From the sequence record OR352952.1: 64,000 nucleotides of DNA; one strand, given 5' to 3'. This DNA comes from Escherichia phage AV122. Both the position numbers and the translations under genes were made by a program. This document shows positions 27,319-34,581 of the stretch, piece after piece; the stretch's first letter is position 1, and each line of letters opens with the position of its first letter. The notes under the pieces were generated by a model that saw only the letters and a list, made by a program, of their open reading frames with translations, had not been told where the DNA came from and did not search any database.

Positions 27319-27900
27319 AACTTTTACTTTAGGCTGTTCTTCAAACGGTAATTCATATCCACATATTACAATTTTGTGATCGATACCAAAATACACAGAA
27401 GCAATATTATTAATATTATTTTCAGTGAAATCTAAATCAACATCAATATCTTTTTGACCACAGCCCAAAGGATAAATAATGCGAGTAATTCGATTATCTT
27501 TAACAAATATTCCACCGACATACTCTGTGCTGCGTTTAAAGTCTACACGCCGACGAAATGAAAAATATTCAGGCTCTTTATGAGCTCGGCTCATAGGACA
27601 CAACGAGTAACTAGAATAAGAGATGTCAAATCCTACACCTTCGATATGAGCCAAAGTGTCATGATTAAACCAATTATAATCGTACGCCAAATCCATTAGA
27701 TTATAATATGTAAAAGGCACCGGATTAACATCATTAGTCACAAGCATGTAATTAGCAACTGCTATAATTTCATTGTTTTTAACGAATACAAACCGTGATT
27801 GATGCGAATGACCTGGACCCGCGTTTTCACGATTAATGATATAACACTGGGCACCTTTATATTTGTATGTATCTTTGCACTTGTGCATTTGATAGAGCAT
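27274..27900 (-). CDS. hypothetical protein (208 aa)
   Basis: 208-aa ORF; C-terminal half duplicated in the downstream 118-aa ORF. Confidence 0.6.
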   Translation of the reverse strand: MLYQMHKCKDTYKYKGAQCYIINRENAGPGHSHQSRFVFVKNNEIIAVANYMLVTNDVNPVPFTYYNLMDLAYDYNWFNHDTLAHIEGVGFDISYSSYSLCPMSRAHKEPEYFSFRRRVDFKRSTEYVGGIFVKDNRITRIIYPLGCGQKDIDVDLDFTENNINNIASVYFGIDHKIVICGYELPFEEQPKVKVSIDDQIFNAFMNKG

Positions 27901-28193
27901 TATTCACCTACCACTTCAGCGATGATATTTTTATTATTAAAGTTTTTATCGCAATACAGAACATAATTATACTGCATTACACCACCAGACTTAAGCTGTT
28001 TTTGCACTTCAGCTTTCATTTCAGGGCGATCGCGCTCAACGATATTCATAATATCTGCTTCAATTTGAGTTTCAACCTCAGTCTGATCAGCAGTCATAGA
28101 CCATTCGCACAAATCTTTATCATAACCTGCCATAGCAGGCTGAGCAGCACAAGAAGCTAAAGCAAAAATTGTGGCAAAGATAAATTTTTTCAT
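27900..28193 (-). CDS. sp: Spackle periplasmic protein (inhibitor of gp5 lysozyme, superinfection exclusion)
   Basis: 97 aa with signal peptide MKKFIFATIFALASCAAQPAMA; matches T4 Spackle as recalled. Confidence 0.8.
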   Translation of the reverse strand: MKKFIFATIFALASCAAQPAMAGYDKDLCEWSMTADQTEVETQIEADIMNIVERDRPEMKAEVQKQLKSGGVMQYNYVLYCDKNFNNKNIIAEVVGE

Positions 28194-28221
28194 GATAATC
28201 TCCTCAGTAGTTTATGTTTAT

Positions 28222-28251
28222 ATAGTATCTCAATTTCCAACAAAAGTAAAC
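28222..28251 (-). promoter_or_regulatory. T4-type early promoter
   Basis: GTTTAC (28246-28251), 18-bp spacer, TACTAT (28222-28227). Confidence 0.55.
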
Positions 28252-28253
28252 AG

Positions 28254-28565
28254 TTATTTTAAAACTTCTGCGTAATCACATGTTACAAACTGTTTCTCTA
28301 GCTTAACGATCTTACGAAAATACCTTTTACACTGACGAATCTGTCGCTTCGTAGGACGTACAGCAAACTTAATAAATTCCACTCGACCAAATGGAGGACT
28401 TTCTTCTGCTGGAATATCTAACACCAATTCCCACGTATCTGCAATAAGTGCTTTAAATTGTGTATTTTTCCTGACGTTATACGGAGTAGGTTTAAATAAA
28501 ACAATATGCATATTATCCTCGGCAATCCACTTCACATACTTTCTTGTCATCAATGAAAGCTTCAA
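28254..28565 (-). CDS. hypothetical basic protein (61.4-like position)
   Basis: 103-aa ORF overlapping dmd by 52 nt in another frame; true start probably internal. Confidence 0.45.
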   Translation of the reverse strand: MKLSLMTRKYVKWIAEDNMHIVLFKPTPYNVRKNTQFKALIADTWELVLDIPAEESPPFGRVEFIKFAVRPTKRQIRQCKRYFRKIVKLEKQFVTCDYAEVLK

Positions 28566-28695
28566 CTAATGCTTTATTAACTTCAGCATATTGAGTAGTA
28601 GCCCATTGAACGTCATCTTTCATCATTGTGATTTCTTTAGTAAACATGCTTTCATTCTTAAACCACCCCATAAAAACTACCTTTACCAATTCCAT
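28513..28695 (-). CDS. dmd: Dmd-like antitoxin (inhibitor of host RnlA/LsoA RNases)
   Basis: 60 aa (T4 Dmd is 60 aa, gene 61.5), immediately downstream of gene 41. Confidence 0.6.
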   Translation of the reverse strand: MELVKVVFMGWFKNESMFTKEITMMKDDVQWATTQYAEVNKALVEAFIDDKKVCEVDCRG

Positions 28696-28753
28696 AACAA
28701 TCTCCTCATTTAACCAACAAGACTACTATACCATAGTCTTGTCAGCTTGTAAA

Positions 28754-30181
28754 CTAAAATTTTAATTCATTTGCCAAAGCATCTAACTGAGCTCGAGCTG
28801 ATTCGTTTCTTTGATAGCGATTCTGTTCAGCCTGAATCTGTTGTGAACCTGCTACTTCACTCACTTCAGTTGGAGTAGAATCTTGTTCAATTTCTACCCA
28901 TTTCTGATTTCCCTTTTGAACACCCATTAAAAACTTATTCCACTTATTCTTATCGCCATATCGTGATTTGATTTGCTTAATGAGTTGTTGTTCAGCAGCT
29001 GCTAGCTCCTCGGTTTCAATGACCGCAAGCATAAAATCAGCTGTTGCTGGAAGACCAGCAGATTCTGCAATATCGCTCATGTTAACATCGGAAGAGTCCC
29101 AAGCTTGTTTACCGACCTGTGCTGCAGTCCAAAGAACAGTTTCGGTTTCAACAGCCAGAGCACGCAATTCCTCTGCGATAGCTTTAACAGTTGTGTAACT
29201 ATTTTCTGAGTAAACTCTGATGCGGCAAGATTTACAAATACCTAGATAGTCGACAATAATGATTGTTGGAACAAAATTCTTCTTGAGCTTTAATTCATTT
29301 AAAAGTGATCGAAATGTATTAGCGTCTGCTCCACCAGTAGGATATTGCTTAACGATTAAACGACCAAGGGTAGATTTCTCACGCCATTTTTCCATTTTTC
29401 CTTTATATTCAGCGTAAGAAATATGCCCATCATCAATGTCATCAAGAGAAACATCAAGCATGTTAGCGTCAATACGCTTAGCACAGACTTCTTCTGCCAT
29501 TTCCATGGAAATGTAAAGAACATTATGTCCGAGCTGTAAATAATCTGCCGCTAATGAACACAATCCTAATGATTTACCAACGTTAACGCCAGCCATTAAA
29601 ACGTTCAGTGTTCCAGTCTCAGCTCCGCCTTTAGTAATTTTGTTTAGAATTCTGAGTTTAAATGGAACCTTACGAGCTTTATTCATATAAGATAGCCAAC
29701 GCGCTTCATAGTCATCCATCCAATCATGACCAACGTAGCTATCAAATGAAATTGATAATGCTTGGCGCATGATGTCAGGAATAGCACCTACATCTGGCAT
29801 TTTCTTATTTCGTTTTTCCGGAGGAAGCTCAGCATTAGTTTGAATTTCGATTATTTTAGACGTAGCATTAAACATCGCCCTTTGCTGAACATATTTTTCT
29901 GTTTCTTTTACTAACCAGCTGTGGTCTTCTGGAGAATCAGCCAGTTTTGAAATAAGTGTTTTTACACCAGAATATTCTGTTTCAGTAAATGAACTATTTT
30001 CTAATGCAACATTTAACGCATTAATAGATGGAACGCTATGATACTCATTAACATGAGATTTAATTAATTTGAACGTATTTTTAGCTGGACCACTTTCAAA
30101 ATATTCTGAATCCATATATGGCCAAACTTTTGAAAAATAAGCTTGATCAAATATAAGATGAGAAAGAATAATTTCTACCAC
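28754..30181 (-). CDS. 41: replicative DNA helicase (DnaB-like)
   Basis: 475 aa, MVEIILSHLIFDQAYFSKVW...; Walker A GVNVGKS; start is GTG preceded by SD AAGGAG. Confidence 0.92.
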   Translation of the reverse strand: MVEIILSHLIFDQAYFSKVWPYMDSEYFESGPAKNTFKLIKSHVNEYHSVPSINALNVALENSSFTETEYSGVKTLISKLADSPEDHSWLVKETEKYVQQRAMFNATSKIIEIQTNAELPPEKRNKKMPDVGAIPDIMRQALSISFDSYVGHDWMDDYEARWLSYMNKARKVPFKLRILNKITKGGAETGTLNVLMAGVNVGKSLGLCSLAADYLQLGHNVLYISMEMAEEVCAKRIDANMLDVSLDDIDDGHISYAEYKGKMEKWREKSTLGRLIVKQYPTGGADANTFRSLLNELKLKKNFVPTIIIVDYLGICKSCRIRVYSENSYTTVKAIAEELRALAVETETVLWTAAQVGKQAWDSSDVNMSDIAESAGLPATADFMLAVIETEELAAAEQQLIKQIKSRYGDKNKWNKFLMGVQKGNQKWVEIEQDSTPTEVSEVAGSQQIQAEQNRYQRNESARAQLDALANELKF

Positions 30182-30190
30182 ACTTACTCC

Positions 30191-30547
30191 TTAAAAGAAT
30201 TTAAACTTTTTCTTTGATCTTTTATTAAATGCATCTTGTAGTTGCATTGTAATACATTTTTCTACATGAGGAGCTAACTCAGCTTTTCTTTCTTGGTCAA
30301 GAACAGCAAAGTCCATTACGACTTTTCCATCAACCCAATCTAATTTTGTCACATACACAATGTGTGTAGAACCATCTTCTAGTTTAATGACAATCTCCTG
30401 GATAACATTTTCCATGGCAGATTTAATTATCTTAAGAGATTCATTAAAAAGACGTTCTTTTCTTTCTTCTTCCCCCTCCGAAGAGGGGGATTCATCGATA
30501 ATTTCTAGATCTAAATCATCTTTATTCATTAAATTCTTCCATATCAC
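30191..30547 (-). CDS. 40: gp40-like protein (head assembly) by position
   Basis: 118-aa acidic ORF between uvsX and 41; start may be the internal MNKDD. Confidence 0.5.
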   Translation of the reverse strand: MIWKNLMNKDDLDLEIIDESPSSEGEEERKERLFNESLKIIKSAMENVIQEIVIKLEDGSTHIVYVTKLDWVDGKVVMDFAVLDQERKAELAPHVEKCITMQLQDAFNKRSKKKFKFF

Positions 30548-31703
30548 TTAGCTGATCTAGGTCAGTTTCTAAATCAGCAGCTGATTTACTTTTACTTTCT
30601 GGAGATTTAAATTTTTCAACTTTTGAGTTAATTAATTCATCAACTTCCGCTTCAACAATTTCATTACTATCAATAGCACCTAACTGATAAGCACGCTTAA
30701 TAGCATCACGGAATGGTTGATGCTTAAATAAAGGACCCCAGAATGTAGTGCAGTTGGTATCTTTTGCACGCCAAGATTTTTCTTCGCGAATCATCTCGCC
30801 GGTTTCTTCATCAAGAAATTCACGAGCATACCAACCATTTTTAGGTTTTACCACGAATCCTAATTCTAGAGCCATATCTAACAATCCAGAATAAGGATCG
30901 ATACCACCGTCAAATTTAACATCAATAAAGAATTTACTTTTTTCTTTAACGGTACGAGATTTTTCTACATTTAGAACAAATTGATACCCCTGAAGATCAG
31001 AACCATCTTTAATTTGACGTTTACCGATAATGAATACAGTATCAGCCGAATACATTACGCCTGTACCACCTGTCATCACGGTTTTACTAAACATTTCAAT
31101 TGTTTCAATTGTATGGTTAACCGCAACGCATGGAATATTTTTAATGCTAAAGTAAGGAGTAACAATACGGAATAATGACTTCAGCGATTTAGCACGAGTC
31201 ATATCTGCCACAGATTTTTCATTCAAGGCATCTTCAGTTTCTTTCTTAGAAGCCATATTACCGATTGAGTCGATGAATACAATAACTTTTTCACCGCGCT
31301 CAATAGCTTCAAGCTGATTCACCATATCAATTTTCAGCTGTTCAACTGACTGGATTGGCGTATGAATTACTCGTTCCGGGTCAACTCCCATGGATCGCAA
31401 ATAAGCTGGAGTAATACCAAATTCGCTATCATAGAATAGACAAACCGCGTCAGGATATTTGTTCAAATACGCCGCAACCATAGTCAAAGACATATTTGAT
31501 TTAAAGTGTTTAGAAGGACCTGCAAAAATAGTTAAACCAGACTGCATGCCGCCATCAATCGCACCAGAAATAGCAATATTAAGCATTGGAATTTTTGTAC
31601 GAATTACATCCTTTTCATTAAAGAATTTAGATGTAGTCAGTTCAGCAGTCATTTTAGAAGTGGAAGCTTTAATCAAACGGGATTTTAAATCTGCAATAGA
31701 CAT
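30522..31703 (-). CDS. uvsX: UvsX recombinase (RecA-like)
   Basis: 393 aa; Walker A GPSKHFKS; C-terminal acidic tail; very close to T4 UvsX as recalled. Confidence 0.92.
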   Translation of the reverse strand: MSIADLKSRLIKASTSKMTAELTTSKFFNEKDVIRTKIPMLNIAISGAIDGGMQSGLTIFAGPSKHFKSNMSLTMVAAYLNKYPDAVCLFYDSEFGITPAYLRSMGVDPERVIHTPIQSVEQLKIDMVNQLEAIERGEKVIVFIDSIGNMASKKETEDALNEKSVADMTRAKSLKSLFRIVTPYFSIKNIPCVAVNHTIETIEMFSKTVMTGGTGVMYSADTVFIIGKRQIKDGSDLQGYQFVLNVEKSRTVKEKSKFFIDVKFDGGIDPYSGLLDMALELGFVVKPKNGWYAREFLDEETGEMIREEKSWRAKDTNCTTFWGPLFKHQPFRDAIKRAYQLGAIDSNEIVEAEVDELINSKVEKFKSPESKSKSAADLETDLDQLSDMEEFNE

Positions 31704-31780
31704 TCATTTTTTCCATAGGCATCATTATATTTTCCTCACTGGTTAAAGATAGAGTAATTATAACACAATAAATTTAGGCA

Positions 31781-32629
31781 TTAATCAACTGCTATTGGAT
31801 GAATAGCATTAAACTTATGAAATGCTTCTGATTTTTCTTTACGCGAAACACACATGCGAAGAACCTTTAATGGCTCGTCTTCTTCACCCAACGATTTTCG
31901 TTTTTCAATATTCGACGTTTTCCAACGAGCTTGCTCTGGAAACTCTCTATTGATTTGCTCAAGCGCTCTATTATGTTTAGAATTACTACGAATTGAACTA
32001 CACCCACCAGGAGCTTGCGCTTTACCTGATACAACCAGATATTTGAACAAGGCCAAATGCGGATAACCTTGATTAATTAAATTGAGAAATGCATACATAT
32101 CTTCGCACAAATCAATTTTTCCATACCCAATTTGTTCTGTCGTAAGTTTTCCAAGGTCATACCATGTATTCGTGAATCCATATGAATTTTCACGATAATT
32201 ACCCCAAGATGAAGTAATTTTAAAAATTGGTAGGCGAGCATGACCGTGATAATACCCGCAATCCATGGCATCTTCGACGTATTGAATCAATTCATAGAAC
32301 TGTTCACGGGTTAATTGATTGACTTTATCCACACAACGACGGTCATCTCTTTTTCGCATTGAACTCATACGAATAGTAGTATCATCGTCAATCATCCAGA
32401 TTCGTTGGCCTGCATACATATCAGTAATTGCTTTACGAGTACCAGCAATTCCATTTACATCATCAGGAATAGTTATAATTTTAGCTCTAGACCCATAGGC
32501 ATCATAATAAGCTTTTTCTTCGTGTTCACGTACTACAATATGTGGTTCATAATCAGTCGGAAACATATCAAGGGCAGAAACTGCCCCGACACGCTGATAA
32601 CTTGGAATTACGAATTGAATCATTTCCAC
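31781..32629 (-). CDS. putative GT-A-fold glycosyltransferase (candidate DNA hydroxymethylcytosine sugar transferase)
   Basis: 282 aa; N-terminal IPSYQR and WMIDDDTT (DxD) motifs; occupies the uvsX-42 slot that holds beta-gt (351 aa) in T4. Confidence 0.5.
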   Translation of the reverse strand: MEMIQFVIPSYQRVGAVSALDMFPTDYEPHIVVREHEEKAYYDAYGSRAKIITIPDDVNGIAGTRKAITDMYAGQRIWMIDDDTTIRMSSMRKRDDRRCVDKVNQLTREQFYELIQYVEDAMDCGYYHGHARLPIFKITSSWGNYRENSYGFTNTWYDLGKLTTEQIGYGKIDLCEDMYAFLNLINQGYPHLALFKYLVVSGKAQAPGGCSSIRSNSKHNRALEQINREFPEQARWKTSNIEKRKSLGEEDEPLKVLRMCVSRKEKSEAFHKFNAIHPIAVD

Positions 32630-33360
32630 TCACCTTTATAGTCTTTTTTCACAATATGAGTTTCGCCAGTATTCCACCAATGATCAACCAAGTAAAAATG
32701 ACGAGAATATACATGAAGACTTCCAACATTCCATATAATAGAACCTGCTTTATACTGACGAGTTGAATCGCCTGCATTCAAATCAGATACTAATTTATCT
32801 AATACGTATTTTTGCCATGCATAATCATTACGGAATCCGAAGACCACGTCATTTGAGCGCATGCTTACTACTGCATTGACTTTCTTATCACGAATCAGGT
32901 ACTGTACTGTATTAGTACACATGAAATCTGACATACCATCTTTATTGTAGTCAAATTGCATGGATGGACGAGTATAAATCATGATACCACGTCGAGAATC
33001 AGGATTTTGACCAAGTTCAGCTAAACACATATCATACTGGGCATAGTTATCTTCTGACCAAATAGCCCAACCATAATTCGAGTTAATTTCACCTTTAGAA
33101 GATGCTACCTGCTGCCAAATTTTCGGTGTTTCACCTGGAATATCTTTAACAAACAAGCTCTTAGATTTATACCATTCAAGTTCACGCTGAATGTATTCAT
33201 CATTAAGAGCGCCAAAAATAAACGGTTCATCTGCTACAAATGATGCGCCAATAATTTCAATAGTTTTAACGCCAGTTTTATCAACTACGAAATCTTTTTC
33301 TTTTAATGCAGTTCCCAAATAAAAACGGATTTCTTCAACTGTCATAGAGTCATTAATCAT
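32620..33360 (-). CDS. 42: dCMP hydroxymethylase
   Basis: 246 aa (same as T4 gp42); thymidylate-synthase-like sequence. Confidence 0.9.
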   Translation of the reverse strand: MINDSMTVEEIRFYLGTALKEKDFVVDKTGVKTIEIIGASFVADEPFIFGALNDEYIQRELEWYKSKSLFVKDIPGETPKIWQQVASSKGEINSNYGWAIWSEDNYAQYDMCLAELGQNPDSRRGIMIYTRPSMQFDYNKDGMSDFMCTNTVQYLIRDKKVNAVVSMRSNDVVFGFRNDYAWQKYVLDKLVSDLNAGDSTRQYKAGSIIWNVGSLHVYSRHFYLVDHWWNTGETHIVKKDYKGEWK

Positions 33361-33513
33361 TTAAACCTCAATTGATGCATTCATATTTAAATTGTAACAG
33401 TAATAAACCCCACCCTATGATAAGAGTTGGAATCATAGCAGGAACTGTTACGCTATAGTATATACTTATTATAACCATCAAGATTAAAAGCAACACTGCT
33501 ATAATTTTGCTTT

Positions 33514-33765
33514 TCATTCCTTCTCTCTGATGATAATTACCTGATTTGGTTGTGCAGACTTTTTAGTTTCACCCGCAATTGACCAAATAAATGTAATAAA
33601 CCAACCAATAATTGACCAGTTAAACAGTAAAGATGTGAAAAAGATTCCTACTGTCGATTTTGACCCACGCATCAAGGCGATAAACCATGGAAGCATGTAT
33701 ATAATAATAGCCAACACGCCTGAAACTAAAACCATAAAAATTGAACCTGCTACTAAAGTTTCCAT
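33514..33765 (-). CDS. imm: immunity protein Imm (superinfection exclusion)
   Basis: 83 aa (same as T4 Imm), two TM helices, directly downstream of 42. Confidence 0.7.
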   Translation of the reverse strand: METLVAGSIFMVLVSGVLAIIIYMLPWFIALMRGSKSTVGIFFTSLLFNWSIIGWFITFIWSIAGETKKSAQPNQVIIIREKE

Positions 33766-33772
33766 GTTTTCC

Positions 33773-34153
33773 TCACTTAGTCAAATTTTTTACACATGAA
33801 TTATAAGAATTCACTACATACTCCATCGGAGCATTTTTACCAGTACGCCATTGGTAATTATTAGCCCAATTAGCCCAAAGCTCGGCGCAGTAGTTTTCAA
33901 TTTTTTCTTCGCGTGTAATTACATCCGAATTACGATATGCTTGAGCAGATTCATCTGGACGAATAGCTTCGTCAAAATTCGCCTGCATTTGTTCTACTGT
34001 TTGCTTTGGAGCTTCTTTATAACACTTGACATTAGGATTATAAAACTTGCTTGAACAGTTTACAATTTTTCCTACATCAGACTGATTTACTACCGGTCCT
34101 TGAGCTACACAACCAGTAAGACCTAATGCAATAACCAAAATAGCGATTTTCAT
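33773..34153 (-). CDS. putative lipoprotein
   Basis: 126 aa; signal peptide plus lipobox LTGC. Confidence 0.6.
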   Translation of the reverse strand: MKIAILVIALGLTGCVAQGPVVNQSDVGKIVNCSSKFYNPNVKCYKEAPKQTVEQMQANFDEAIRPDESAQAYRNSDVITREEKIENYCAELWANWANNYQWRTGKNAPMEYVVNSYNSCVKNLTK

Positions 34154-34163
34154 AATAATTTCC

Positions 34164-34400
34164 TCAAATGCAAGTAGTAATTACTCCAGTAGTGCTTATG
34201 CAGGTATTACCCATTTGCACACCTAAAGATCCATTTGTATTCACATGAAGATTATCATCAATTTTAACTGATATTTTACCATTAGTGTGAATAACGGTGC
34301 TAGATTCAATCACAGGTTGAGTATCATTTTCAACACTAACAAATGGAACTGCTGCTAATGCAACTAAACAAACTGCTAAGCATCCCATAACAATTTTCAT
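34164..34400 (-). CDS. small secreted protein (78 aa)
   Basis: Trimmed to ATG 34400 (MKIVMGCLAVCLVALAAVPF...), signal peptide. Confidence 0.5.
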   Translation of the reverse strand: MKIVMGCLAVCLVALAAVPFVSVENDTQPVIESSTVIHTNGKISVKIDDNLHVNTNGSLGVQMGNTCISTTGVITTCI

Positions 34401-34434
34401 TTTATTCTCCAAATCCGTATTAGTTGATAGTTGT

Positions 34435-34464
34435 ATAGTACCATGGAGGAACAGTCTTGTAAAC
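34435..34464 (-). promoter_or_regulatory. T4-type early promoter
   Basis: GTTTAC (34459-34464), 18-bp spacer, TACTAT (34435-34440). Confidence 0.55.
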
Positions 34465-34552
34465 AGTTTTGTGAAAAATTTTTTAGGGAATTCTAAAGGT
34501 CCAGAATCATCTGTTTTTCATAAGTATAGATTTATATTACTTGTATGAAAAA

Positions 34553-34568
34553 GGGACCCGGAGGTCCC
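34553..34568 (-). terminator. intrinsic terminator after gene 43
   Basis: gggacc-cgga-ggtccc hairpin followed by U-run on minus transcript. Confidence 0.55.
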
Positions 34569-34581
34569 TAGATTTATTCTA

